From: a virus
Taxonomy: Duplodnaviria; Heunggongvirae; Uroviricota; Caudoviricetes
Length of the DNA: 64,000 nt
IMG/VR virus record: IMGVR_UViG_3300035492_000044
Span: 46,179 to 110,178 of that record
Reading direction: 5' to 3' (one strand)
Shown here: one piece after another, positions 47,187 through 57,024 of the stretch
Layout: each line of letters begins with the position of its first letter
Numbering within the stretch: the stretch's first letter is position 1
Notes under the pieces: model-generated
The model's input: the letters and a program-made list of their open reading frames with translations, nothing else
What the model was told of the DNA's origin: nothing
Database searches by the model: none
Program-made: the position numbers and the translations under genes

Positions 47187-47903
47187 ATGAGTAAGATACT
47201 TGAGATAGCTCTTAAGTCAAAGATATGCAGACCATCGAAGAAGGTGGTGGATGACTACAAGCCATGGGGCATCTCCATCACCCAAACGATGAATTGCATG
47301 AGGTTCAACTGGATTAACTACAATCGACCTAAGGAGATTGATGGGTACGAATTCGTCTACATGAAGGATGACCCTTACAACTACTCTGGTTCGCTGATTG
47401 TAGGTATGGGGTACTGTGTTGAGAATATTGTGGCAGAGTTCCTCAAGGAGTCTGGCATCTTCATCTCCACTCAGGATAAGGTCCGGGACCTAGGTAACAA
47501 GTGGAGAGGTAACCTCGACTACCTAGTCAATCTCAAGCCATGGGGTTATGGTATTGGTGACTGTAAGGGTATGTCAGAGAGGAAGTTCCAGGGATTCCTG
47601 GAGAGACCACTCAAAGAGGTTATGTTCGACTACTACGTCCAGTTGACCTCTTACATCCACATCATGGATGTACCGTACGGATTCATCGTTGGAGTAAACC
47701 GAAGTAATGGCAAGGTAGAAGTACGTGTCATTACTAAGGAAGAGACCAAGGATGACTTCCTGTTCTATCGTGGTCGAGTCAAGCAGACCCTAGATGCTCA
47801 GAGTGTGTACGATCTCCCTATCGAGGAAGATAAGTGCCATGGGTGCAGTAATGTACCTTTCTGTCATCGAGGTAAGCCTGAATTGATTGCGACGTTCACG
47901 TAA
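47187..47903 (+). CDS. Cas4/RecB-like PD-(D/E)xK nuclease with Cys cluster
   Basis: 'LDYLVN..IGDCKG' (D..DxK) and 'YYVQLTSY' (QxxxY). One N-terminal Cys plus C-terminal 'CHGCSNVPFCH' (Fe-S-like). Confidence 0.5.
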   Translation: MSKILEIALKSKICRPSKKVVDDYKPWGISITQTMNCMRFNWINYNRPKEIDGYEFVYMKDDPYNYSGSLIVGMGYCVENIVAEFLKESGIFISTQDKVRDLGNKWRGNLDYLVNLKPWGYGIGDCKGMSERKFQGFLERPLKEVMFDYYVQLTSYIHIMDVPYGFIVGVNRSNGKVEVRVITKEETKDDFLFYRGRVKQTLDAQSVYDLPIEEDKCHGCSNVPFCHRGKPELIATFT

Positions 47904-47950
47904 CTCGAGAACCTGTTAGGGTGTTGGAAGACACCCTACTGGAGGTATGT

Positions 47951-48199
47951 ATGAGTGACAACGAAACATCTGGTGCATGTATCGGAACATTCGATCGACG
48001 AGTGTCCTTTGATGTAACCAGTCAGCGACATGGTAACCACAGCTTCTGTATCGATCTGGACGACCTCTCGGCAGCTAAGTTCGAGGATGACCCCATGACC
48101 ATTATCGTGAAGCATCGTGGTACTACGGAGAAGACCAATATCCTCTTCGAAGATAAGGCTCAGTACGAGTCTGCTAAGGCTCTCCTCACCGGCAAGTAA
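47951..48199 (+). CDS. hypothetical protein
   Basis: ORF; start after RBS 'ggagg', downstream of class-B motif 47890. Confidence 0.4.
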   Translation: MSDNETSGACIGTFDRRVSFDVTSQRHGNHSFCIDLDDLSAAKFEDDPMTIIVKHRGTTEKTNILFEDKAQYESAKALLTGK

Positions 48200-48210
48200 T
48201 AGGTACCGTT

Positions 48211-49830
48211 ATGTCAGATGTTGAACGTCTGTTAGATTCTGTAGTGGCGGATGTATTTCCGTCATTCCAGTGGCGTCCTAACCAGAAAGAAGCAGTGATG
48301 GAAGTGCTCACTGCCTTTCTGGTGGATAACTACACCAAGGTAGTCCTGGATGCACCTACTGGTGCTGGTAAGTCATGGATTGCACGGATCATCGCTGAGT
48401 GTCTGAATCGGGTAGTGGGTCAGGTAGCATCTACTCTGTTCCTCACCAAGACCATCAGTCTCCAGAATCAGTATCTTCGTGACTTCCCTAGCATGAAGAA
48501 GTTGATGGGAGCTAGTAACTACAGCTGCCATACTGATAATCCGCCGGCAATTCTCCCAGCACATAAACACCATACGTCGTGTAAGTATTCCACTTCTGAT
48601 GGTCAGTGTGAGTACAATATCGCCCGTAGTGAGTACAAGGCTGCTCCTCTCAAGACCCTGAACTATGCATTCTATTTTACTGGGTATCCTCGCTATGCAG
48701 GCGTTGATACTCTTATTGTGGATGAGTGCCACAATCTACCAGATTTCCTCATTGATTATACGAAGGTCGAGTTCAACCTTAATCGTATTAATGAGATGAC
48801 TCCTGAAGTCACCATGACGGATTACTTCAATCCGATCGAACTGAATAAGCGTGGTCTTCAGTTCAGTGACCTACCGGAGATCTATGAGTTCATTCGTGAT
48901 ACTCAATCCGCAGTTCAAATGGCATTCAATGAACTGATGGACTCCATTGAGAATATGCCTGAAGATAGTAAGCTGGCTAAGCTACTGTCCGATAAGCTGA
49001 TTCCTCTAGAGAAGGATGTTAAGTATCTTCAGGGTCTAGGTGGCAAGCTACTGAATATGGCTAGCCAGGACAAGAGTAATCTGGTGATCGATAGTGACGA
49101 GAATGAGAGCCTGAAGTTCTCCATTACTCCTATCTTCATTCCGGATTATGCCATGGAGATTCTGGATAAGAGCACATTCACTCTGCTTATGTCCGCTACT
49201 CCATTCCTGATGGTACGTGAACTGGATCGCTGCAAGGTACGCTACAAGCGTGTCATCATGCCGTACTCCTACCCAGTTGAGCATCGTCCGTTCATCATCC
49301 AAGGTGAGATGCCGAAGATCAACCACAGTACTCGTCAGCAAGTAATTCAAGAGTACGTTGAGCAAGTAGACAAGATTCTGGACCAGGCTACTGAGTCCGG
49401 ACTTATTCACTCCTCATCGTACAGCTATGCTGAAGATGTACTTAAGTACTCTCGTCATCGTAACCGTCTGTATATCCCACGTGGTGAAGAGCTACGTAAC
49501 ATCAAGTCCGTAGTCCGTCCAGGTCGAGTACTGGTGAGTCCATCTCTCATTGAAGGTGTTGACTTCGCTGGTGATATGGCTGAGTTCCAGATTATTCTCA
49601 AGGTACCGTATCCGGCACTGGGTGATAACTGGATCAAGACTAAGATGGATGTGGATGAAGGGTGGTATGATGCAGTCACCATCACCAATATCATTCAGGC
49701 CTCTGGTCGACCTATCCGTAGTGCTGAGGATGTGGCAGTAACTATCTGTCTGGACCCATCCTTCAAGTGGCTACTCAATCGAGTTAGAAATGACGTACCG
49801 TCCTGGTTCATGGACTCCGTCAGTCAATAG
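48211..49830 (+). CDS. SF2 DNA helicase, DinG/Rad3 (XPD)-like
   Basis: Q-motif, Walker A 'DAPTGAGKSW', 'LIVDECHNL' DEAH box, motif VI 'QASGRPIRS'. Confidence 0.75.
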   Translation: MSDVERLLDSVVADVFPSFQWRPNQKEAVMEVLTAFLVDNYTKVVLDAPTGAGKSWIARIIAECLNRVVGQVASTLFLTKTISLQNQYLRDFPSMKKLMGASNYSCHTDNPPAILPAHKHHTSCKYSTSDGQCEYNIARSEYKAAPLKTLNYAFYFTGYPRYAGVDTLIVDECHNLPDFLIDYTKVEFNLNRINEMTPEVTMTDYFNPIELNKRGLQFSDLPEIYEFIRDTQSAVQMAFNELMDSIENMPEDSKLAKLLSDKLIPLEKDVKYLQGLGGKLLNMASQDKSNLVIDSDENESLKFSITPIFIPDYAMEILDKSTFTLLMSATPFLMVRELDRCKVRYKRVIMPYSYPVEHRPFIIQGEMPKINHSTRQQVIQEYVEQVDKILDQATESGLIHSSSYSYAEDVLKYSRHRNRLYIPRGEELRNIKSVVRPGRVLVSPSLIEGVDFAGDMAEFQIILKVPYPALGDNWIKTKMDVDEGWYDAVTITNIIQASGRPIRSAEDVAVTICLDPSFKWLLNRVRNDVPSWFMDSVSQ

Positions 49831-49842
49831 GAAGTACCCTTT

Positions 49843-50385
49843 ATGTCTATGTTGAGCTACCGTCGTATTATGGAACTGGTTGAGGCTGGTTCTATCCTGG
49901 TCGATAAGAAGTATGTTCAGAGTGCTAGTGTGGATGTTCACTTGAGTGAGAACCTCAAGCTGGAGAGTCCATTCGCTGCACTACTGGACCCCATGAATCC
50001 ATCGAATACTCCCCATCTGCGTGATATCAAGATCCACAAGAGTGGGTACATGCTACGTCCTCGCCAGATCTTCCTAGGTGTTACTGTGGAGCGATTCAAT
50101 CTCCCCAATAACATCGTAGGTGAGTTCACCATGAAGTCATCGATCGCTCGTTGCTTCCTGAATCACCTGCACAGTGATCACATGGATCCAGGCTTCAATG
50201 GTCACTTGACTCTGGAGATGGTGAACATGAATGAACAGCATTCTATTCGCCTGAGTGCAGGTATGCCTATTGGCCAGATCAAGTTCTACGAAGTAGAGCC
50301 GGTACCTGACCACATCCTGTACTCCAATGTGGGCCAGTACAACAATCAGTCTGAGATGCCTGTAGCTAGTAAGGGCGCTCGATAG
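49843..50385 (+). CDS. dcd: dCTP deaminase (Dcd/dUTPase trimeric superfamily)
   Basis: 'SSIARCFLNHLHSDHMDPGFNGHLTLEMVN' and 'AGMPIGQIKF' match Dcd signature regions. Confidence 0.75.
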   Translation: MSMLSYRRIMELVEAGSILVDKKYVQSASVDVHLSENLKLESPFAALLDPMNPSNTPHLRDIKIHKSGYMLRPRQIFLGVTVERFNLPNNIVGEFTMKSSIARCFLNHLHSDHMDPGFNGHLTLEMVNMNEQHSIRLSAGMPIGQIKFYEVEPVPDHILYSNVGQYNNQSEMPVASKGAR

Positions 50386-50394
50386 GAGTCTATT

Positions 50395-50850
50395 ATGGGC
50401 GATGTTATCAATGCCGGAATTATTCACGCTGAGACTGGAGACCTCTTCGATGTCAACGTAGAGGGTAAGAAGAGAGTTAATCTTCATCTTATCTGCCGAG
50501 ACTACAATGCTATCGAGGAAGGTAGTAAGCCTTATGTGGTATTCCGGTTTGATAGCATCGGTGTCCCATGGCCTAAGGAAGTAGCTCCTGATGTAGTGAC
50601 TCAGGTACTCCGGCCACTGCTGACTAAGTACCGTCTTCATAAGTGTCAGCTCCGGGCTGATGAGCTAAGAGCTGACATTGAGAAGATAGGTAGAATTAGA
50701 AAAGAAGTGGAGACCCTCTCCGAAGAAGCACAGGATACTCTGAAATCCCTACTTGAGGATGAGGAGAATGAGACCGAGGGATATCTCCGGAATAAACTGA
50801 TCGAAATACGTGATCTTAGTAAACAGCTTGGAGTGAAGAGTAATGGGTAA
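50395..50850 (+). CDS. hypothetical protein
   Basis: ORF. Confidence 0.4.
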   Translation: MGDVINAGIIHAETGDLFDVNVEGKKRVNLHLICRDYNAIEEGSKPYVVFRFDSIGVPWPKEVAPDVVTQVLRPLLTKYRLHKCQLRADELRADIEKIGRIRKEVETLSEEAQDTLKSLLEDEENETEGYLRNKLIEIRDLSKQLGVKSNG

Positions 50851-51229
50851 GTATGTCAAGAAGCCTATCGTAATCGAGGCACACCAGTGGTTCAAGAATG
50901 GTGATCATCCTCTGGACTACAGTAAGGAACATGATGGCCTACGTGATGGTGTGATGAGTGTCTTCACTCCAGAAGAGCGTAAGGCTAATAACTGGGAGGG
51001 AGATATCGTACGGTACTTCCGCCATCCAGATATCCCAGGTGACTGCAAGTGTGAGATCTGCGGTGTAACTATGCATAACCACGGTTATATCGAAACTCAG
51101 ACTGGTGGTAATATCGTATGCCCTGGTGACTATGTAGTTGAGACACACTCTGGATGGTATGGAGCGATTAAGAAGGATATCTTCGAGGCTACCTACGATA
51201 AGGTAACTGAAGATGAACAGACCGTTTAA
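50843..51229 (+). CDS. hypothetical Cys-containing protein
   Basis: ORF. Confidence 0.4.
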   Translation: MGKYVKKPIVIEAHQWFKNGDHPLDYSKEHDGLRDGVMSVFTPEERKANNWEGDIVRYFRHPDIPGDCKCEICGVTMHNHGYIETQTGGNIVCPGDYVVETHSGWYGAIKKDIFEATYDKVTEDEQTV

Positions 51230-51497
51230 TCTGGAAGACCTGATCGCTCTTCGAGAGAAGATGAAGGAGCTAAATCCTATTAGCCCTGCTCTCCAGGAAA
51301 TTCTCAATAGGATGGGTGCTAAGTGCGACTTCGATCCAGCTAAGCATACTATGATCCTCCATAGTCGATTTCAGAGCATGATCCCTCACCCGCCAGAGTG
51401 GCTATCATTCTCCTCTATGATTGAGCCTAATCAGGTAATCATGATGGAGAGACCTAACATCGACTTCCTCGATATTGAGATGAAGTTCACTTACTGA
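51213..51497 (+). CDS. hypothetical protein
   Basis: ORF. Confidence 0.35.
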   Translation: MNRPFNLEDLIALREKMKELNPISPALQEILNRMGAKCDFDPAKHTMILHSRFQSMIPHPPEWLSFSSMIEPNQVIMMERPNIDFLDIEMKFTY

Positions 51498-51504
51498 GGT
51501 AAGC

Positions 51505-51714
51505 ATGAATAGTCTACTGTCTCTTCTAATAGGCATGGTCCTAGGAGTTACTCTGGCTGCTAGCTTAATGCAATCCAATTTCAAGACAGACTGCACTGAA
51601 GCCGGTGAGACTAGAATCGGTGATACCTTCTATAGCTGCGATCCAGTAGGAGCTATGGTTAATGGTGAACGACGTGCATTTAATGATGCATTCAACGATC
51701 CGTCTAATGACTAA
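51505..51714 (+). CDS. small membrane/secreted protein
   Basis: Hydrophobic N-terminus 'LLSLLIGMVLGVTLAASL'. Confidence 0.4.
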   Translation: MNSLLSLLIGMVLGVTLAASLMQSNFKTDCTEAGETRIGDTFYSCDPVGAMVNGERRAFNDAFNDPSND

Positions 51715-51756
51715 CTAAGTGTTAGTTTTAGTTTATCTCTCCATAAGGAGTTAGTA

Positions 51757-52275
51757 ATGAAACAGTCTAAGTTGATGTCTCTTATCGAGACTATCGTCAA
51801 TACCATCATCGGATTTCTCCTGTCACTGTTCGTAGTATGGCCTTTAGTGAGTATTGTCCTAGGTCTCGAGCATAGTGCTAAGGAGGACTTCCTCATCGTT
51901 ACTCTGTTCACTGTCGTAAGTATCATCCGGGGGTATGTAATCCGTAGATGGTTCGAGACTAAGATCCATGGACTATCTGCCTGGATCACTGAGTTCTTCG
52001 ATACTGAACCAGAGAACTCACCTACTCGGATAGTGAAGAAGTACGTACTATTCCCTGGATGGATACGTAGCCGTAGCGATAATCAACGGCACTACATCAG
52101 TTATGTCAAGCTAGCTAATCTGTATGGAGTCGACCTTAAGGAGTGCATAGTCATGCCTGATGTTGACAGTCCTCAGTACCACACTGAACTACAGAGACTG
52201 GCTGATATGAGAGAGTTGATCATGCTCCATCCTCAGTACGACGGTAACTACACTATCTCGGAGGTTCTCGCATGA
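51757..52275 (+). CDS. membrane protein (2 TM)
   Basis: 'IVNTIIGFLLSLFVVWPLVSIVLGL' and 'FLIVTLFTVVSIIRGYVI'. Confidence 0.45.
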   Translation: MKQSKLMSLIETIVNTIIGFLLSLFVVWPLVSIVLGLEHSAKEDFLIVTLFTVVSIIRGYVIRRWFETKIHGLSAWITEFFDTEPENSPTRIVKKYVLFPGWIRSRSDNQRHYISYVKLANLYGVDLKECIVMPDVDSPQYHTELQRLADMRELIMLHPQYDGNYTISEVLA

Positions 52276-52409
52276 AATACGAAGTATCGGTAGCCATCAT
52301 CTGCCTAACTATTCTGGGTATCTTCTTTGCAGGTGAACATGACCTGATGGATAGTATCAAGGAGAGGATGGCTACTCCAGTATGTGAAGTAGTAGATCGT
52401 TCAGAATAA
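52272..52409 (+). CDS. small membrane protein (45 aa)
   Basis: ORF found by eye; ATGA-coupled; 'VAIICLTILGIFFAG' TM segment. Confidence 0.3.
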   Translation: MKYEVSVAIICLTILGIFFAGEHDLMDSIKERMATPVCEVVDRSE

Positions 52410-52465
52410 AGTAGTATGGGTAGCCTCTTGATGAGCCTACCCTATTACTGTGGGTACTGTCAGTA

Positions 52466-52503
52466 CGACGTTTTACTGTCTCGAAACCCTGTTAGGTTGG
52501 AGC
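52466..52503 (+). promoter_or_regulatory. Class-B motif copy upstream of the DNA polymerase gene
   Basis: 'CGACGTTTTACTGTCTCGAAACCCTGTTAGGTTGGAGCAG'. Confidence 0.6.
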
Positions 52504-52525
52504 AGTCCTACACTAGGAATCAACA

Positions 52526-55500
52526 ATGAAGTTAATCACTGAACCATCGAAGAGTAAGTATGCTGTCGTAGGTATCGGTCTGGGGCAGAGTGAGGGTGCA
52601 TTCTCCACTGATGCTGGCGACATGATGCGAGCTATCTTCCTCTCCCAGACCGTCTTCCCGCACTATGTAGAACTCCGTAAGGATAACTTCGATGACGAAG
52701 AAATTCCTGATGAGCTAAAGTCTGCTGTTTATTCGTATCTGGCAGACAACGGTATCGAGAAAGTCATCCTACTGGGTTCTCAGACTGCACGGCAGCTAGC
52801 ACCTAGTCTTACTGCCAAGTCCACTATCGCTAAGCTCAACAGTATGCCATTCCTAGGCGTACAAGAGTTTACTGCACAGGCAGCAGTGATCCACCATCCT
52901 CGATTCGTAGTGCATGCACTGAAGAATAACCCTGACTCCGAGATCGAGTATTCCAATCGTATTCAAGGTCTACTGAAGCACACACCTCAAGCCTACAATA
53001 TCCACATCAATAGTATCTCGATCGATGGACTGATATCGGATATCCTACCATGGCTACTCAATAACTATCGAGGCAAGATAGGGGTAGACTTCGAGACTAA
53101 TGGAGAGGAGATCTGGCATAAGGACTTCAAGATCACCCTATTCAGTCTATCGATGAAGGATGACGATGGATCCCACATTACATGGTGGATACCTGTAACG
53201 GGTAATGAGACCGAATGGGAATTAGAACAGCTGCGCTCATTCTTTTTGGGAACTAAGGATAGGCTGTGGGCATTCAACTGTCCATTCGAGATGAAGGTAT
53301 TCTGGCGATGGCTAGGAGTATTTATCGGGATCAACGACTCGATGGTACTGATCACGATGGAGTCCTCGCGTAGTAGCTTGAAGGACGCAGTACGTCGTCA
53401 CCTAGCATCAGACTTCTGGGAAGCTGAAGTACACGAGCAGCTGAACGCATTCTCAGCTACCTTTAAGCAGATGACCAAGATGATTAAGGGTCAACCTGAA
53501 CTCATCGAGACTCTTCGTAATGGTGGATATCCTGCCATGGAAGAGATTCAGCACAACGAGAGTCTGCAATTCATCCGTGAAAACCACGAGGATATTCTCG
53601 AGGATTACGGTATTGAAGAACTAGCACGATGCATTACTGGATACCCGTATCACTGGGCGGCAGTTCCCCACGAGATTCTGGGACCATACTGCTGTCGTGA
53701 CTCGGCGTACGGTGTAATCCTAGCTGAGAAGTTCGAAGACAAGTTCCGTGATGGATATCCGGTGTATATCCGCCATCCATGGCTTGCAACAGTGTTCGAA
53801 TCGTATGGAATCACCTACGATCGTGATGTTTCCTATGAGGAACAGAACAAATTCACTCAAGAAATGATCGCGTCGCTGAACCTAATCATCCAAGACTTGG
53901 ACATTCCGATTGAGTCAAAGATGAAGGCTAACGACATCCTGTCATGGAACCTTCCGCATACGATCGTGTCATATACCGAGAAGACCAAGAAGGAGAAGCG
54001 TAGGGTCATTAAGGATGAAGGTGATCGTCACGAAGAACTGAAGGGTATCTTCAATCCTGCGAGTAACCATAGTACTACTCGGGATATGTTCTGGAACCAC
54101 TATCTTGATGAAAGTATCGAGATGGCAACTATTCTGTGGGCATTCGTAACCGAATTGCGTAATCGGGATATCTGGCCTGAAGTATTGAAGAACTTGAGTA
54201 CCTTCAGTACCGAGGAAGAGTTCCTTAGGTCCAAGCCTGCTGATGAAATGATGGATTCCCTTATTGGGCTAATGCAGCAGCATCAGGGCAAAATATTCGG
54301 TATCGATATTCAGAACTGTCTGGTCGAGGCTACGAACAACTACAAGGAGCTTTATACTGGTCGATTTGCACGTGATGTAATGGAAGCTCAGTACAAGGTC
54401 CACACTTACTTCTTCGGCGTCAATGTCGACGATAAGTCAACGTGGAATCCTAAGTTCGAGCTACTGTTCAACCTGCATAAGTGGAAGAAGCTAGCTAAGA
54501 CGGTAAGTACTTACATCACGGGTTCTATCGGCCGTGACTCAGTCTACCTGTCTAAGTACGATCCCAAGGACATTACTAAACCGCCAATTCGGATAGCTAA
54601 GGCTGACCTCCTGCCTCTGGATTACCAATTGAAGGAGGATGAGTGCTGGGTATTCAACGTAGGGTTCAACTCTCTATCGGCGATTACTCATCGTTGGTCA
54701 TCGGGAGCACATACGATCCCTTCGGGATCATCAGTAAGACGCATGCTCATTCCGCGTAATCCTGACGGTGTGTGGTTCCATGCTGACTTCAGTCAGGCTG
54801 AACTAGTTATCCTATCGTTCTTCAGTCAAGACCCGAAGATGCTTCAGGTATTCTTGTCTGGTGGTGACATGCACCGTTATGTTGCTAGCCAGGTATTCAA
54901 GAAGCCCGAAGATGAGGTTACTAGTGAGGAGCGACGTGGAGCTAAGGCAGTATCGTTCGGTATTATTTACGGTAAGTCCATTGAATCTACTGCGGTAGAG
55001 ATCTTCGGTGGTGACGTAGGTCGTACTCAAGCGATGTTCGATGCATTCTTCCTCCAGTTCCCTGGTATTAAGGTCTGGATGGAGGAGCGTTACAAGGAGG
55101 TCGATACTCACGGTAAGGTAACCAACATGTTTGGTGCACTTATCCAGGTTGAGACTGACGCGCCAGGTAACGCTAAGTACCGTCAAGGCTGCAACTATCC
55201 GATTCAGTCATCAAGTAGCATGCTTGCTGGTACTTCCATGTGGAACTTGCATGAGCACTGCCAGACGATTGATCTGACTCAGCTGTCTCACAACTTCACC
55301 CATGACGCCCTCGATTCTGAGTGCGAAGTAAGAAGGATATTCGACTACACCAAAGCTCTGCGATTCAAGATGCAGGACGAGTTGTATGAGCAGCTTGGTG
55401 CACCTATGCGTATTGACCACGAGGTAGGTATTAACTGCTTCCACATCTGCGGTATTGGAGATATCGAGGAGACCCCTGACGGGATCAAATTCGAGCTTGA

Positions 55501-55702
55501 AGGCACTCAAGAGGCAGTTGATCTTCTTCTGGACAAGATGAATAAGCATAGTCCATGGGTAGTTGACAGTACCGAGATCGTTAAGACTAAGGAACTGTAC
55601 ACTAGCTGGGATGAGATGTTCACTACCAAGTCAGCTTACAAGAGCTACTGGGGTGTTACTCAGACCAAGATCGTTGCACATATTCAACTGAAGAATAAGT
55701 GA
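52526..55702 (+). CDS. Family A DNA polymerase with 3'-5' exonuclease and an N-terminal UDG-like domain
   Basis: Motif A 'HADFSQAELVIL', motif B 'RRGAKAVSFGIIYGKS', motif C 'THDALDSE', Exo I 'GVDFETNG'. N-terminal 'VVGIGLGQSEGAFSTDAGDMMRAIF ... VIHHPRF' loosely resembles family-4 UDG motifs. Confidence 0.9.
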   Translation: MKLITEPSKSKYAVVGIGLGQSEGAFSTDAGDMMRAIFLSQTVFPHYVELRKDNFDDEEIPDELKSAVYSYLADNGIEKVILLGSQTARQLAPSLTAKSTIAKLNSMPFLGVQEFTAQAAVIHHPRFVVHALKNNPDSEIEYSNRIQGLLKHTPQAYNIHINSISIDGLISDILPWLLNNYRGKIGVDFETNGEEIWHKDFKITLFSLSMKDDDGSHITWWIPVTGNETEWELEQLRSFFLGTKDRLWAFNCPFEMKVFWRWLGVFIGINDSMVLITMESSRSSLKDAVRRHLASDFWEAEVHEQLNAFSATFKQMTKMIKGQPELIETLRNGGYPAMEEIQHNESLQFIRENHEDILEDYGIEELARCITGYPYHWAAVPHEILGPYCCRDSAYGVILAEKFEDKFRDGYPVYIRHPWLATVFESYGITYDRDVSYEEQNKFTQEMIASLNLIIQDLDIPIESKMKANDILSWNLPHTIVSYTEKTKKEKRRVIKDEGDRHEELKGIFNPASNHSTTRDMFWNHYLDESIEMATILWAFVTELRNRDIWPEVLKNLSTFSTEEEFLRSKPADEMMDSLIGLMQQHQGKIFGIDIQNCLVEATNNYKELYTGRFARDVMEAQYKVHTYFFGVNVDDKSTWNPKFELLFNLHKWKKLAKTVSTYITGSIGRDSVYLSKYDPKDITKPPIRIAKADLLPLDYQLKEDECWVFNVGFNSLSAITHRWSSGAHTIPSGSSVRRMLIPRNPDGVWFHADFSQAELVILSFFSQDPKMLQVFLSGGDMHRYVASQVFKKPEDEVTSEERRGAKAVSFGIIYGKSIESTAVEIFGGDVGRTQAMFDAFFLQFPGIKVWMEERYKEVDTHGKVTNMFGALIQVETDAPGNAKYRQGCNYPIQSSSSMLAGTSMWNLHEHCQTIDLTQLSHNFTHDALDSECEVRRIFDYTKALRFKMQDELYEQLGAPMRIDHEVGINCFHICGIGDIEETPDGIKFELEGTQEAVDLLLDKMNKHSPWVVDSTEIVKTKELYTSWDEMFTTKSAYKSYWGVTQTKIVAHIQLKNK

Positions 55703-55816
55703 CTTGAAGGGAGACTTGGGTAACCATTTCTCCCTAATAGTCGTTTATGAGAAGTGTACTGATGATCCTAAGTGCATGGTTAATCCTGGATCAAACTGTC
55801 TATTTAGGAGAGATAA

Positions 55817-56974
55817 ATGGACTCCAACCCTATGAATGGCGGTATCCATACGATTGAGGAGGCTCTGGGGGATATTACTCGATATCTTGACGAACAGACC
55901 ATTGCCCACCTCATTGCGGATCAGAAACAGGCTGATCAACGAGGCGTAATGTCTCAGTATCAGCGTTTCTCCCGTATGGCTGAACAAGAGCCTGATGCTC
56001 GCAAGAAGATCTACTACGAGTTCCGGGCACTTCTCCCAGAAGACCTAGCTCGTAAGCTAGCTATGGAGTATTACCAGAAGGAGATCCGTAATGGGGTTTA
56101 CTCTCTGGACTCGATGATGGATAGCCCTGATGGTGAAGGTGAGATGGAATCATCCGCACTGAACATCAAGGGATCCTACGGTAATCCGAATATCACCAAG
56201 GGCATGTTCGAGACTATGCTCAATAAGGGCATGGACACTCCTGAACGTCGTCTTGAGGTATCGGACCTGTTCGAGAAACTCATCGATAATCTGGGCAGAG
56301 CTGCACGAATCATCCTGATTACTCGCCTCGTAACTGGGGCAAGTACTGGTAAAATACGTCAGAAGGAAGGTAGTCCGATGTTTGGACTCGACCTTACCCA
56401 GATCGTTCGTAAGATCCCTGCCGAGTACAATCTGGTGATGAATCAGATTAAGGCTCTCGAGAAGGAGACTCTGGTTAAGCCTGAGCACATCACTTCTACT
56501 CTTATCTTCAACGGCACCACTAAGATGGTTGGTAACGATGAACGTAAGGTCGAGCGGATTATCGGTAAGCGAGAAATCACTTCTGGTAATGAGGAGCTTC
56601 AGAAGGCTCTGATGAAGCTATCTGGTGCATCGGATCTGAAAGAGCTAGTTGCATTCCTGGATGTTCGTGAGTCTAAGGACGACGTTCCGGCTGGAGCTAT
56701 GCTGAAGGCTATCGAAGCTATCCTGTCGGGGGGTAAGGTAGAACTCAGTACTCTTATTCGTGTAATCGTGATGGCTGTTAGTGCGAATATCAAAGGAGCT
56801 ACCGACCTAAGTCTGAGTAAGGCATGGTCTGGTCGTCCTCTGAAAGAGATCGCCAGGAGCTACCTCAATATGGCCAAGATAGCTCGTACTGAGCTTGACT
56901 GGATGCCTCTTCAAGATCTAATTATGGCTCCGGTTTTTGATAAAGAGAATCCGTTAGCTAAATTAGTTAAGTAA
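55817..56974 (+). CDS. hypothetical protein
   Basis: ORF. Confidence 0.4.
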   Translation: MDSNPMNGGIHTIEEALGDITRYLDEQTIAHLIADQKQADQRGVMSQYQRFSRMAEQEPDARKKIYYEFRALLPEDLARKLAMEYYQKEIRNGVYSLDSMMDSPDGEGEMESSALNIKGSYGNPNITKGMFETMLNKGMDTPERRLEVSDLFEKLIDNLGRAARIILITRLVTGASTGKIRQKEGSPMFGLDLTQIVRKIPAEYNLVMNQIKALEKETLVKPEHITSTLIFNGTTKMVGNDERKVERIIGKREITSGNEELQKALMKLSGASDLKELVAFLDVRESKDDVPAGAMLKAIEAILSGGKVELSTLIRVIVMAVSANIKGATDLSLSKAWSGRPLKEIARSYLNMAKIARTELDWMPLQDLIMAPVFDKENPLAKLVK

Positions 56975-57024
56975 AATGGAGAGGGGTGAGTTAATACCCA
57001 CCCCTCTCTTACGAGAACTTAGAT

